Made by a program: the position numbers and the translations under genes
In this document: positions 25,151 to 42,243 of the stretch, one piece after another
Layout: each line of letters begins with the position of its first letter
Numbering within the stretch: the stretch's first letter is position 1
The notes under the pieces: generated by a model
Seen by the model: only the letters and a program-made list of their open reading frames with translations
Database searches by the model: none
What the model was told of the DNA's origin: nothing
Assembly: GCA_964016885.1 (NCBI GenBank)
Contig: OZ024752.1
Span: forward strand, 31,062,001 to 31,126,000
Source: Eledone cirrhosa
Taxonomy: Eukaryota
Direction of reading: 5' to 3'
Length of the DNA stretch: 64,000 nt

Positions 25151-26963
25151 CATGCACATACATATACATACATTTATACATACACATACATACATACACA
25201 CAATAATACGTATATACACACGTACATACATACACATACACACATATATACACGCATACATACGCATGCACAAATATAAAATATATACACACAACTACAT
25301 ACTCACACACACAAATAGATATAAGGAAAAATATATAATAATAAAAAAATAATAAAAATGAATATAAAGATTATTATAGTGTTGACAGCGATACAGGCAA
25401 CAAATAAATGAACACACGTGGTAAGCAATACACACAAATGCACGTACACATACATACGCATACACATACATACACACACACACATATACATATGTACACA
25501 CACATACATTATGTTGTTTATTACATAACTTTTAAGCTCTGTTACCTACATATATATGTGTGTGTAGGTATATATATGTATATATATATATGTACATGTA
25601 TATATGTGTATATATATATATATATGCAAAAGTTCTATTTAAATTGTTGGGATACAACAAGCAAATATTTTTATAACTGATATAAAGCACTCGACAAATA
25701 TTTGGAGTAAATATACGATATTAACAAATGGAAACTATATTTATAAAACCATATCTATTTTATTATATATATTTCAAGGATACCATGTTAAATTATGGTA
25801 TGCTTTCATCAGACAAAATACAATATATACCAGTTTTATAAATAAATATTGACATACCCTTTCAAAATGCAACCGTTACTTTTGGAAGACATCAGGGATA
25901 GTGGATTTGTTTACTTATATTAGTAAGTCGTTATGTCACAACGACTTACTAATATAAGTAAACAAATCCACTATCCCTGATGTCTTCCAAAAGTAACGGT
26001 TGCATTTTGAAAGGGTATGTCAATATTTATTTATAAAACTGGTATATATTGTATTTTGTCTGATGAAAGCATACCATAATTTAACATGGTATCCTTGAAA
26101 TATATATAATAAAATAGATATGGTTTTATAAATATAGTTTCCATTTGTTAATATCGTATATTTACTCCAAATATTTGTCGAGTGCTTTATATCAGTTATA
26201 AAAATATTTGCTTGTTGTATCCCAACAATTTAAATAGAACTTTTGCATATATATATATATATACACATATATACATGTACATATATATATATACATATAT
26301 ATACCTACACACACATATATATGTAGGTAACAGAGCTTAAAAGTTATGTAATAAACAACATAATGTATGTGTGTGTACATATGTATATGTGTGTGTGTGT
26401 ATGTATGTGTATGCGTATGTATGTGTACGTGCATTTGTGTGTATTGCTTACCACGTGTGTTCATTTATTTGTTTCCTGTATCGCTGTCAACACTATAATA
26501 ATCTTTATATTCATTTTTATTATTATTTTATTATTATATATTTATTATATTTATTTGTGTGTGAGTATGTAGGTGTGTGTATATATTTCTATATTTGTGC
26601 ATGCGTGTATATATGTGTGTATGTATGTGTATGTACGTGTGTATATACGTATGATTGTGTATGTATGTATGTATGTGTATGTATATATGTATATGTATGT
26701 GTATGTATATATATATATATATATGTATGTGTGTATATATATGAATGTGTGTGTATGTATGTATATATATGTTTATGTATATATATATATGCTTGTATAT
26801 GTGTGCGTGCGTGTGTCTGTGTGCACGTTTGTGTATTTGTATGTATGTGTATGTATGGATATGTTGATATTTATGTGTGTATGTATGTATGTGTATATGT
26901 ATGTGTATGTATATATATACACATATATATGTGTGTGTGTGTGTATGTGTGTATGTATATAAT

Positions 26964-26994
<31 letters not shown>

Positions 26995-27202
26995 ATGTAT
27001 GTTTTTATTTTTTATTTTTTATTTTTCCTTTCCTTCTTTTTCCAGCCTCACTTTCATATAGATTATATTTTTGTTTTTAAAATCCAACGCCAATAAATAC
27101 ACCAGGATTTTTTCACTCTGATGACTGAAAGCAAATTTTTTTTGCTTTTAAGGAACCACTGGTAAATGAAATAATTGCCTTATGTTGTTTATTACATAAC
27201 TA
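24689..27202. repeat. 2.5-kb nested palindrome centred at 25936
   Basis: ORFs 25408-25680(+) and 26192-26464(-) translate identically. The outer unique blocks 24689-24890 and 27000-27202 are reverse complements. Confidence 0.9.
26052..26116 (+). ncRNA. Type I hammerhead ribozyme (family A)
   Basis: TATTTTGT-CTGATGA-AAGC-ATACCAT…ATGGTAT-CCTT-GAAA-TATATA-TA-ATAAAATA. Mirror at 25756-25820(-). Confidence 0.85.
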
Positions 27203-27372
27203 TATAATTTTTACTTGTATATATTTATATATATATATATATATATTAGGGTAAATATTGATGCAATTCAAATCAAGCACTCAACGTACTTTTTCCACAT
27301 AGGAGTGACGGAGTAAATATCGAATAAGGAAAAGCGAAGTAGTTTCAGATGTTCAAGTCCTTTAATAATAAT

Positions 27373-27446
27373 GCTGTGATATATATTTCAATGGCGACAC
27401 TGGCCACACTGTTCTGTGTGCGAGTATCGTGACATCATCAGACAGC
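27373..27446 (-). ncRNA. Type I hammerhead ribozyme inside an inverted-repeat element (arms 27327-27403 / 27539-27617)
   Basis: GCTGT-CTGATGA-[CGATACT/AGTGTCG plus CACAC/GTGTG]-GAAA-TATATA-TC-ACAGC. Confidence 0.75.
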
Positions 27447-28036
27447 TTGTTACATAATAAGGTTATGTTTCCGAGGCAATCCAAATTGAATCGACATGGG
27501 AACGGATGAAATGCGTGCTTTTGGGTTTATCACCCGTTCCCAGTGTCGCCATTGAAATATATATCACAGCATTATTATTAAAGGACTTGAACATCTGAAA
27601 CTACTTCGCTTTTCTTTATATGTGCGTATTTTCAGCCTGGGTTTTGTCTTTTCATCCGTTCGGACTAAAGCTCGTTGAAGAAGTAACTCCAGTCCCCCGT
27701 CGTCTGTAAGTCTTATATTTTTATGTGAGCTGATAGAGGACGGTTTAAGGATTTACAGAAACCCAAGAAGCTAGATATACCATCTCTCTAGTGGGTCCGG
27801 GTATGCTTTTTACATTCATTTGATTTATTGATTTATTGATAATTTATCTGAGTGTCTCTAATCTTCCATATCGCAATTTTTCGGTTGTTTGGTTGATTGT
27901 AGACATATTCTACGTGTGACGGTATTTTAACGATAGTTATAGCTCTGATTTATTTGAATTATGGAGCCCTCTGCCGCTCATCTCGAATTTTGTTTATCGT
28001 GAACTCGTGCGCCGATTTTTCGATACTCGATTATTC

Positions 28037-31012
<2,976 letters not shown>

Positions 31013-31214
31013 TATTAAATACCATTATTGGCAGTATCGGTGGAGGGTCGGACGCCATGCTTTCCAGCATAGTTACGTCCCTTTACGATCTGAGTTCAAA
31101 TCCCGCCGAGGTTGACTTTGCCTTTCATCCTTACGGGGTCGAGAAAATAAAGTACCAGTAATGCACTGGGTAATTGCTGGCCTTGTGCCTAAAGTAGAAA
31201 CAATTATTATTAAG

Positions 31215-31432
31215 GAGAAATCCTGTGAATATACCTCGAAAAGGCATATGACCATCTTCCCTGGGACTTGTTGCAAAGATTCTGCAGCAATATGGGATCG
31301 ATGGACAGCTTCTTGTTGCCTTGAATTTCCTATATAAATGCCCCAGTATTTGTCTTTCAATAAATGGTGCTAAATCGAAATGATTCAATGTGTGTGTCGG
31401 ACTCTGCCAAGGGTGCATATTGATATGTGCAG
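31215..31432 (+). mobile_element. Degenerate RTE-type reverse transcriptase fragment
   Basis: QLLVALNFLYKCPSICLSINGAKSK*FNVCVGLCQGCIL resembles RT motif GxxQGCxL. Confidence 0.6.
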
Positions 31433-32711
31433 ACAGGTTGGAACTGGTATCAAGACTGGTGGGTGTAGGGCGGTGGATTGGCAGTATCGGCAGAGCGTCT
31501 GACGCCATGCTTTGCAGCAAAGAGTTACGGCCCTTTATGGTATGAGTTCAAATCCCGCCGAGGTTAACTTTGCCTTTCATCCTTACGGGGTCGATAAAAT
31601 AAAGTACCAGTAATACACTGGGATAATTGCTGGCCTTGTGCCAAAAGTAGAAACAATTATTAAGGCTAAAAGTGAATCTTATTACTCTGGAGATTCGCCA
31701 GTTTCTCACGAAACTCCAAAGTAACAAGACCCTCTTTTTAACCTTAATAATATTGAATATTAAAACTCTACATTGGTATTGAGAATTCCTTTCTCAGTCG
31801 TCAACCACATACGAATGGATATATGTATTTATATATATATATATATATATAGGAAAAGAGTCAGGACCCCGACGGCTGAACTCCGGCCGTTTCGACGGCT
31901 AGATCCGAACTCAGGTCGGATGTAGCTGTCGAAACGGCCGGAGCTCAGCCGTCGGGGTCCTGACTCTTTTCCTATTACCCACTCTACTACCCTAAGTATT
32001 GAGTACTCTGGTGCATTATGGTCCACTTGGTACCTTACCATACCTGCTTTGTTATATATATATATATATATATATCTAATATAAATAAATTATATACATA
32101 TATATTATATATGTATATAATTTATTTTATATCATTAACATTAATATGAGATTTAATAATCATGTATAATTTATTTTAAATTATTTTACCCGAATTTTTT
32201 TAAAGAGAAGGGCATCAAATTTCATATAGCCTAGGGCCTCAACAGCCGGGTCCTGTTCATCATACAAGAACAAATTAGGGAACTGTTAGGGATTTTTATC
32301 CTAATGAACACGATCAACTCCCGACGTGCGAGAGATCAAGGTGAACTCCAATTAAGGTAATCGGTGTAATGTAACTGAACTACCAGCTGACAGGAAGATT
32401 CTGGCAACGGAATCTTCCTACAAAAACAAACAAACAAACGAACCACGTGTTCATACGAACCGACAATTATTACATCAAAACACGAGACGAGTCATGTCAA
32501 CAACCACAGTGATATAAGATACATAAATAAATGTTCGTTCTATTTTCGGTGGTACGTCTATAGTTGCAGAGATGGCAGCACCAACCACTAACTCTGATAA
32601 TTCTTTCTGATAGTTTCTGAAGCTGCAACTTTAGCATTTACATTACTCTATATTTACTATTATATTTTCATGGTAAAGAAAGGTTTTACCTCGCATAATT
32701 ATCTCACATAA

Positions 32712-32899
32712 AGGCGGTGGATTGGCAGTATCAGTAGAGGGTCGGACGCCATGCTTTGACGCAAAGAGTTACGGCCCTTTATGGTCTGAGTTCAAATCCC
32801 GCCGAAGTTAACTTTGCCTTTCATCCTTACGAGGTCGATGAAATAAAGTACCAGTAATGCACTGGGATAATTGCTGGCCTTGAGCCAAAAGTAGAAATA
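32712..32899 (+). mobile_element. Full-length SINE with a 17-bp TSD, nested in a piggyBac-type MITE
   Basis: ATAATTATCTCACATAA at 32695-32711 and 32900-32916. Confidence 0.9.
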
Positions 32900-33447
32900 A
32901 TAATTATCTCACATAATATCGAATCTATGAGATTTTGAAAGTATTTATTTTGAGAACAATACCTTAACATCAGTATGAGAGACCAGTTACATCCAATTTC
33001 AACAGAAAGATGTAGAGAATTATGGCCGGTTTTCGCCCGTTTGAACATTAAGGGGTTAAATAAAATACTACAAGACAGCTTAAGTAGTTTCGGCCTCAAA
33101 GACAAATAAATACATAAACAAATAAATGTGAAAAAAAAAGGAGTGGGGAGGGGGAGGGTTATAATTTAGGCACATGGCCAGCAATTTTTATGGGATGGAA
33201 AACTTGATTATATCGACATTAGTACTTGGCTGGTACCTAAATCTATCAAGGCCCCAGAATGATGAGATGTAAAGTGGTCCTCGGTGGAATTTGAACACAG
33301 CACCTAAAGAGCCGTAACTCTATGACTAAATCAGGGCCGGACATTTACCTGCTGAAGCCCCAATCTATATGAAATTTGATGCCCTTCTCTAAAATGAATA
33401 TAATAATAATTTTTATATTAATGTCAATGATAAATAGTGAGCTATAT

Positions 33448-33483
<36 letters not shown>

Positions 33484-33627
33484 ATACTTGGGGAGGGTCA
33501 TATTGTTGTAATAATATTGCCAGGAATAATAACAGAACACATTCACTGTTTGGTTGGTTTTCGCTTCTGTGAGTGTGTTCTGTTATTATTTCCGGCAATA
33601 TTATCTCTCTCTCTCTCTCTCTCTCTC

Positions 33628-34073
33628 TATCTAAGGCGGGTAAAATTCCCGAGATCCATGGACGAGTTCGCTCCAGCGGTCTCTGTCCCTCATTATCGCT
33701 GCCATGTCCTGCATCTCCAACAGACCAGTGTCTGTCCTTAGGGCATCAACATACGTTAACCTTGGTCTTCCTCTTCTAGTGTGTCCATGTAGGGGCTCCC
33801 AGAGGAGTACTGAGTGCAATGTCAACTCTGGATGTCGGTGAGCATGTCCAGCCAACCTCAGTCTCCTCTGTGTCACTTTTGAGCTGACTTTTGGGATGCT
33901 CCCATACAGCTCTGAGTTTTTCATCCTCAGTGTATACTGATTAATGTTCAGAGCCATCCTCAGCATTCTCGTGTAGCACCCATCCACCATCTGAGTGAGT
34001 TTCTTGGTCAGTGTCCAAGTCTCAGACCCATACAGCAGCACAGACTCCGCTACAGCAAGGAAGAGGCGGATTT
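33628..34073 (-). mobile_element. RTE/RTEX LINE 3' ORF fragment
   Basis: LLYGSETWTLTKK…YTRMLRMAL…RRLRLAGHAHRH…GRPRLTYVD. Short relative at 54990-55118. Confidence 0.85.
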
Positions 34074-34341
34074 TCTATATAACAAAGAAAGAGTGGTAAG
34101 AAACCAGGTGGACCATAACGCACCAGAGTACTCGATACTGAAGGTAGTAGAGTGGTAATGTGAACGGATCTAGCTGTCGAAACGGCCGGAGCCCAGCCGT
34201 CGGGGTCCCGACTATTTTCCTATATATATATATATACAGGGTGTCCCCCAAAATGTATTCACACTGATTACCTGTACAAGCAATATATATTAGAATTCTG
34301 TTGAAGAATGTATACATATTTTTGAGATACCTTGTATATAT

Positions 34342-34413
<72 letters not shown>

Positions 34414-34416
<3 letters not shown>

Positions 34417-34836
34417 AAAGTTTTATTTAAAATTGTTGGGTTACAACGAGTAAATATTTTATAACTGATATAAAGCACTCAACAAGTTTTGGAGTAGATA
34501 TACGATATTAAACAAATGGAAACTATATTTATAAAACCATATTTATTTCATTATACATATTTCAGGGATACCATATTAAAAATATGGCATGCCTTCTTCA
34601 GATAAAATACAATATATAAGCAGTTTTATAAATAAATTTAACGTACCATAAATATTGAACACCAAACCAACCTCTTAAATGGAAGTTGTTCAATATTTAT
34701 GGTACGTCAAATTTATTTATAAAACTGCTTATATATTGTATTTTATCTGAAGAAGGCATGCCATATTTTTAATATGGTATCCCTGAAATATGTATAATGA
34801 AATAAATATGGTTTTATAAATATAGTTTCCATTTGT

Positions 34837-34843
<7 letters not shown>
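34414..34843. mobile_element. Family A fold-back element with hammerheads at 34739-34804(+) and 34544-34609(-)
   Basis: Arms 34505-34660 / 34688-34843. Core CTGAAGA…GAAA-TATGTA-TA; stem I TATTTTAT/ATGAAATA. Confidence 0.85.
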
Positions 34844-34877
<34 letters not shown>

Positions 34878-35336
34878 AGCGGAAGCTTAGTAAAATCGGA
34901 GCATTGACTGTGGCCAAGCAAAGCCCACCTACAATAAAGAATGAGTAATAAGATTACGTTTAAAAGCTTGACAAATTGAAAATATATATCCCAACTAACA
35001 GACTAATTCTGTTTAGTCAAATAGGTCATAAGCACATGTTACTACCTAATTTTCAAATTCGCTAGCCGTTTCTAAACAAAACCTGCTTTGTATCTCCCTA
35101 TTTACACACACACACACACACATATATTTATATATTTTTATGATTTAGTGTTAAAGAATAAAAGGAAAACTAATTATGTAATACAATATATATTTTTTTT
35201 AAAATGAGACCTCCGAATGTTTGAGGCCTAATAGCTTATTTAGGTTACAGGTAAGTCCAGCGCAGGACTAAGTCTTACATAACATCGTGCCAATCCTCTT
35301 CCACAAATAAAAATTACGACAGTTTACACACTAGAT

Positions 35337-35396
<60 letters not shown>

Positions 35397-35398
<2 letters not shown>

Positions 35399-35836
35399 CG
35401 TTTCTGAATTTGTTTAGCAAGATTCTTTATCTGAAATCGTGTGTTGAAACCGATATTGTTATACTTTGGGAGGGTCATGTTGCCAATAAGAAACACACGC
35501 ACCAGTTGCTTTCACTTCAGTTTATTATATATTTATAAATTTACAAGTTTATAAATCTATAAATTTCTGGTTGGTTGGTTGGTTCCACAACCAGATAGTT
35601 GTTTATATATAGTCATAGTCCTTTCGTCACACAAGTCACTGAAGAGGTCACAGAGTGTGTGACGAAAGGACTATGACTATATATAAACAACTATCTGGTT
35701 GTGGAACCAACCAACCAACCAGAAATTTATAGATTTATAAACTTGTAAATTTATAAATATATAATAAACTGAAGTGAAAGCAACTGGTGCGTGTGTTTCT
35801 TATTGGCAACATGACCCTCCCAAAGTATAACAATAT
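35397..35836. mobile_element. Family C fold-back element with a hammerhead at 35634-35678(+)
   Basis: Arms about 35453-35633 / 35656-35836. AGTCA-CTGAAGA-G-GTCACA…TGTGAC-GAAA-GGAC-TA-TGACT. Relatives at 33478-33605, 41620-41853 and 43608-43950. Confidence 0.8.
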
Positions 35837-37689
35837 ATATATATATATATATAGAAAGGATAAAAAGGACGTCCTTGCCCACACATATCGGCATACGCTC
35901 ACACACAGCCATATGTATATGTACACACATGTATGTGTATGCGCGCATGCGAACACGAATATGGAGAGTGGGGGAGTATCGGTGGGGGTGGCGAACGACA
36001 GAGATGGGGGGAAGGTGAGAGGCGATGTAGAAGGTGTTTTACATATATACATACACATACATACACATGGGTATGGGCACATGGACTCACACTCATGTAT
36101 GCACGATATACACATACACACTCGCACACACGTATACTCACACATATATATATATATATACACATATATATATATATACACACACATGTACCGACAACAT
36201 ACACATACACGCACATATACACATACATGCACATATATGAGCTCACCTACACATACAGTCAGATTTACCCATATACATATATGTAGACGTACACATACAC
36301 ACACATACATAGGAACGATATAGGAACGATCGACTTTCGTCAAATCGGACCGAAGGAACAATGTTTCCGTTGGTCTTTCCAATTGCTAATACTATCTATC
36401 GGTCGCAACTCCAGGTAGAAGGAGCAACGTGAAATAAAGTGTCTTGCTCAAGGACATAACGCATCGCCTGGTCCAGGAATCGAACTCACAACCTTACAAT
36501 TGCGAATCCAATTCTCTAACCACTCAGCCACACGCCTTCACATACATATATACACACACATATGCATACACATACACATATATATATATACAGATATATA
36601 TATACACACACATAGCCATGCATACACATGTATTCACATACACACACACACACATACACATAATTTTGCGTACACGCACGCACACTTAAAACGCCCGTAT
36701 GAGTAAAATACTTACACACAGACACACACACTATTGTTGGTTGGCAAGTGGAGGTATGTGTTGTCGGTGTTGATGAAGTATGGAGTTTTGTGGTGGTGGA
36801 GTTATATAAAAATATATATACCGGATCGAATACCGGTTAAAAGGTGACATAGGGAACGCGGGGGAAAAGCGTTTATGGACGTACGGCGATGTGTGTTGTG
36901 GACATGGTGATGGTGGTGGTGCTGGGGTGATATGTTCGACAAGATGATTACATGATCAGAGGTTACGGTGTGTTATATGGTAGGCAGACGGGGGGGGGGG
37001 GGGGGATATATAATACAGTCGATTTGGGAGCGAGGGATGATATGTGTTGATGATGTTAATGATAATGATTGTTGAAGTATTTGGATGTATCTAGTGGTGG
37101 CGGTGGTTGTGTGTGCGTGCGACAGTACAATTACAGGGTCGAAATTAGCGTGGGGTTGTAGGTTAGGGTAGATATACATGGGGGGATGAGGTTGTAGGCG
37201 TGTATGGTATGCATATGACGATGTGTGGTGTGGTGGTGGTGGCGATGGTGTGATATGATCGACATTGTATTTACAAGGTCCCTTGTCATTGTGGATTGCA
37301 AGGTAGAACGTATCATAGGAGACCGATCTAATACCATGTTGCAACTATGAGGTGTGTATGTTGATGTGAATTTTGGTGGTGGTGATGGTGATGTGTGAGG
37401 CATGATATACAAATGCGGGCTTAGAAATGGTAACATGGAGTACAATACAATAAGTTCATTGAGGTGGGCGATGTTGAAACGGGGTATATGAGGTTATTAA
37501 TATGGTGTGTCATGGTTAGTGTGATTTTTGGTGTGGGTTATGTATTGCGGCATGATATACAAAATACGGTCTTACATATGGTTAAATGCAATGCTATGAA
37601 ATAAGATAAAGTGAAGTTAGATTAGAATTAAAGTTCGTTGAGATGGGCGATGGTGATACGAGGCAGGTGTGGTTAATATTATGGTGGGT

Positions 37690-37890
37690 CATGGTTAGTG
37701 CGTGGTCTTCCCGCGAAAGTTTGTGCAGAAAAGGTGTGCATCCTAGTGTGTCTGCAATTGACAATTATGTCCGACCTATAGTTTATGGCGGAATCAAGTT
37801 TAATTATTTCCGCCGCCTCAGCTAGGCACAATCTGCAGTGGTTTCTGTCACTGGGATGTATGCCACACGTCTTTTTACTGACCACGAGAT
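37690..37890 (-). pseudogene. Naiad-type PLE ORF extreme C-terminus
   Basis: CRLCLAEAAEII…INYRSDIIVNCRH matches CxLCLxE…LNxRxE…CxH, as in the 15.5-kb element. Confidence 0.7.
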
Positions 37891-38009
37891 CCGGGGTTCA
37901 TACAAGTGGAAGCTTAGTAAAATCAAAGCTTTGGCTGTGGCCAAGCAAAGCCCACCTACAATAAGGAATGAGTAGCAAAACACTCAATAATACTCCTTAG
38001 AGTAATAAC

Positions 38010-38194
38010 TGTTTCTACTTTTGGCACAAGGCCAGCAATTACCCAGTGTATTACTGGTACTTTATTTTATCGACCCCATAAGGATGAAATGCAAAGTTAA
38101 CCTCGGTGGGATTTGAACTCAGAATGGCAAGGGCCGTAACTCCATGCGTCAAAGCATGGCGTCCGACCCTCTACCGATACTGCCAATCCACCGC
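38010..38194 (-). mobile_element. Full-length SINE with a 15-bp TSD
   Basis: CCTTAGAGTAATAAC at 37995-38009 and 38195-38209. It interrupts a repeat also seen at 34875-34980, 42250-42445(inverted) and 61140-61197(inverted). Confidence 0.9.
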
Positions 38195-38280
38195 CCTTAG
38201 AGTAATAACATTACGTTTAAAAGCTTGACAAATTGAAGATTGCGGTACAGTACCAAAAACAACTAAAGAACTAATCAGGT

Positions 38281-38404
<124 letters not shown>

Positions 38405-38532
38405 ATAAAAATGAGGCTTGTTTGCATAATTGCAAACGAATCGAATGTTATTATTAATATTCGAAAAACTCAGATTACATTTATTTTTACACACACATAC
38501 ACACATACATACATACATACATACATACATAC

Positions 38533-39341
38533 ACAAAATGAAAAAATTGACCAATTTATAGAAAAGGTTGTGCATGGATACTTGAGAGGTAAAACACAGA
38601 CCATAGAGGGGATAAACCACTCAAAAAGCCTGGCATGGAGTTCCGACAAGTTTATGACATCACACCTTGAGGGATATCTCTATGCAATACAGGAACAAGA
38701 ACTCCCTACCAAATATCTGCTGCACAAAAGGGGAGGGCCATCAGCTGACATCATCTCGCTACTACCTCCACATGAGACGCGATGGGATAGCTAGAACCAT
38801 CTGGAACGCACTTCGGAAAACAAAATTAACAACAAACGAGGAAGAATAAATTGAGACAGATGGCACTAAGGAATACTGGTGGAACCTGAAAATAAAACCT
38901 GCCACCAAATTAAAGCACAACCGGCCTGATATTGTTGTTTGGGACCACACATTGAAAATGTGTTCTGTTGTGGAGATCAGCTGCCCACTTGATGTAAACG
39001 TTGTCAGAAAAATACAGGAGAAGGAGGACATCTACGGACCATTGATGAGGAGTTTACAAATCCAGTATCCAAGATACACCTTTAGTTTCATACCCATCAT
39101 TATTGGAGCTACGGGTTATATACCAACCCGCTTGGACCAAAGTATGACTGAACTTGGATTTGCGGACAAAGAGCACAGCTCTCTAATTCATAGTCTACAA
39201 ATGGCTGCGATAGCTGGCACCTTCAAAATGTGCAAAACATTCTTGCGATTCAAGGGATGACAATTTCTTTTCTTTTACAACCTTGCCACCAGGAAGGTGG
39301 CCGGTCAAAAAAATATACTCGAAATTAAGAGAAAGAGATAA
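38533..39341 (+). mobile_element. R4/Dong-like RLE element 3' end, second (diverged) family, frameshifted
   Basis: HGYL…EGYLYAIQEQELPTKYL; EYWWNLKIKPATKLKHNRPDIVVWD…VVEISCPLD…PIIIGATG. (CATA)n on both sides. Confidence 0.8.
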
Positions 39342-39375
39342 CATACATACATACATACATACATACATACATACA

Positions 39376-39409
<34 letters not shown>

Positions 39410-39877
39410 CATAAATTGGGAAGTAGTGAACGATTAAATTCTTTTTGAGGAGTGACTTCAGAATTTGTATTAAAATAAAATAGTGTTGATATAACTCACG
39501 ATATTTGAAGAAAAAAAATGAAAACTATTACTCATTTTAAGTTGTCGTTCAAATGTTATATGTGCTTGAATTGACATTTGATTTACAAGTATATTAAATA
39601 CTAGCCGAATTACCCGCGCCTTGCTACGTTTCACACATTTTATTTTGTAAGAAAGGAACACGTTAAGGATCACAGAGGAGATGAAGGACCGTGACAAATG
39701 GAGAGATGCTGTGCTGAATAGAACCCGTCCCACCCTTGCAAGTAGTGAAAAGTGGACATATGGTGATGATGATATATATTTCTACATATACATATACATA
39801 TACATATATATATATTTATATACATATACATATTCATATGCATATACATATATGTATATTTATATACATATATATAT

Positions 39878-40463
39878 ACTAGCCGAATTACCCGCGCCTT
39901 GCTGTAAGAATATGATTGATTTTAAATCAGTGATATAATTTATGGAGAAAAACTCTGCATTTCAATATTACTCAATGTAAAATGTAATGCATGAAAAATT
40001 GGAAAACATTATTTTTTGTAATATATCAAATCAAAATTACATTATTAAATTTTATTCTTATTTTGTTTCTTGTAAATAATTTTTTTCAAAATATCAATTC
40101 AAAACTTGATCATTTCATATTTGTGTAAAGTATTATTTTATTTGGGCTTCCAAAATTTCCACTATAGGGGTTTAACCCCCATTAGGGTATCTTAATATTA
40201 TTGAAATTTGCTGTGAATAAGCATCACATCTTGTCATTTACCTATGGTTTAAATTTCATATAAATCGAAGGAAAACATTTTCAATAAGGGTTTGTGGCCC
40301 CGGGGAACCCTTTGATTAAAATGAAATATACTTATCCTAGTACCCTGGGCAATGTAGTTTCAGAATATATATGGTTATGGGGGTTTATCTACAAAACCAT
40401 AGGAGGAGTTCGTGAACAAACAAACAGACAGGAACCACAACTTATATATATATATATATATAG
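39878..40463 (+). mobile_element. Probable non-autonomous Helitron/Helentron-like element
   Basis: 5' TACTAGCCGAATTACCCGCGCCTTGCT (also at 39599) and 3' GGAGTTCGTGAACAAACAAACAGACAG…TTATATA resemble Lep1/DINE-type ends. Confidence 0.45.
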
Positions 40464-40857
40464 TGCAAATTTATACGGGAACAAAACAGAGAGGCAGACA
40501 AATAAAGGTTTATTAGGTTCACGCTTTTGAGAGTGGGGGGAGGTATATATATAGATTTGTGTTGGATATCCGTCAGTTCCGACGATGAGTGTTTTAGTTG
40601 GTTGACTAACGGAGTGAACTCCAATGTGTTGTCATAAATTGTTCTAAAAGACTTGGAGCAGCTCAAACTATAGAAGTTCTTTTTCTTGCTTGCTACTATT
40701 CATCAGCCGCCCCCGAACATCCATAGAGGGAATACAGACGTAATTGTGTGATTACAGATATCATTTTGCAGTCACGTGGTTTGAAGTTCAGTCACTTCCT
40801 CTGGCACCTTGGACAAGTGTTTCATCAATAACTTGGAGTGGGATACAGTGTTGCGAT

Positions 40858-40909
<52 letters not shown>

Positions 40910-41744
40910 AGTAAGATCATGTTCAGTTAAGTACACAATACTGGGAAAGTAGAGTATATATATTGAAAAGAGTTACCGCCCGTCGAAACGGCGTGGGCTT
41001 AGCCGTCGGGCACTAACTCTTTACAATATATATATGTATGTATTAGGATTGGTGCTCTGAAATAGCGATGTATACATGAATGTATGTATAGTATATTTGG
41101 CAATATATTTGGTATATGTGACTATGTCACTTACTTCTTTTCGGCGAAAGAAGGGAGAGAAGCTAACAGTCTGTTTCACGCTGGTTGGCGTTCATGAGAG
41201 CCACGTACTCCCCTGCTTCCGTCTAAAATTATAGAAGATGGATTCTTATAGAATTCCAGTAATAATCAGGAGCTGATTATACGGAGTGATTGCCGGTCCA
41301 GCAAAAATTAGGTATTAGGATTGATGCTCAGAAATAGCGATGTATACATGAATGTATGTATGGTATATTTGGCAATATACCGTATGTTTAATTTAAAACA
41401 TTTAGAAGACCATACGCTATCAGTTTTAGAGTATATATAATTAATTACAGTATGTGTTAATTAATTACTGGCACTTCAGTATACAGGTTAGAGCACGCGA
41501 CGAAGTACGCAGGTGGGTCTGTTTATGTTTATTCCAGAGTATATTTATATACATGAAGTACAAGTTAACAGGTTATAATTAACTTCTTTTAACCTGTTGA
41601 CTCGTATCATGTTTATATATATTGTTATACTTGGGAAGGGTCATGCTGCAATAAAAACACACGCGTATGTTGAATTTCATTTCAATTTATTATAATAATT
41701 TCCCGTCAGTTAGTTTTATAACCGGATGGTTGTTTAGTCGTTGA

Positions 41745-41791
41745 TAGTCAAAGTTCTTTCGTCACACATTCTGTGACCTCTTCAGTGACTA
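41745..41791 (-). ncRNA. Type I hammerhead ribozyme (family C)
   Basis: TAGTCA-CTGAAGA-G-GTCACA-GAATG-TGTGAC-GAAA-GAAC-TT-TGACTA. Confidence 0.75.
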
Positions 41792-41879
41792 CTTTTGTTA
41801 CTTTATGTCTCCTCTTTATTGACAGCATGACCATCCCCAGAGTATAACAATATCTGATTAAACACACGTATTCATACTA

Positions 41880-42243
41880 GAAATCCTGCAATGCAAAAGC
41901 GGTGCCTAAGGTCCCGTCTTTCACATCTAGAATAAGGAGCAGATATTGCAATAACCTGGGGTTCAAAGGCCCTCAACTCTTCAACAAACTGCCAAAAAAA
42001 TTTGAGAGATCTGCATGGTGTGGACGTGGATGTTTTCAAGAAACATCTTGACATTCTACTATCCAGGATCCCGGATGAGCCGAGAGCACAGTACGAAGGG
42101 AGCCCAAGAAGAGCTGCAGCAACGAACTCCCTCTTACACCAATGGCCAGCCAACACAAGCTGGAGATAGAACGTGTAGCATCAAGGGAGGTGTTCCAGCA
42201 TGGCCTCAGTCGGATGGTTGGAACAGGTAAAAGAGTAAAAAAG
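41880..42243 (+). mobile_element. CR1-group LINE 3' end
   Basis: FKGPQLFNKLPKNLRDLHGVDVDVFKKHLDILLSRIPDEP…AATNSLLHQ with a GTAAAAGA tail. The terminus recurs inverted at 60783-60845. Confidence 0.75.
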
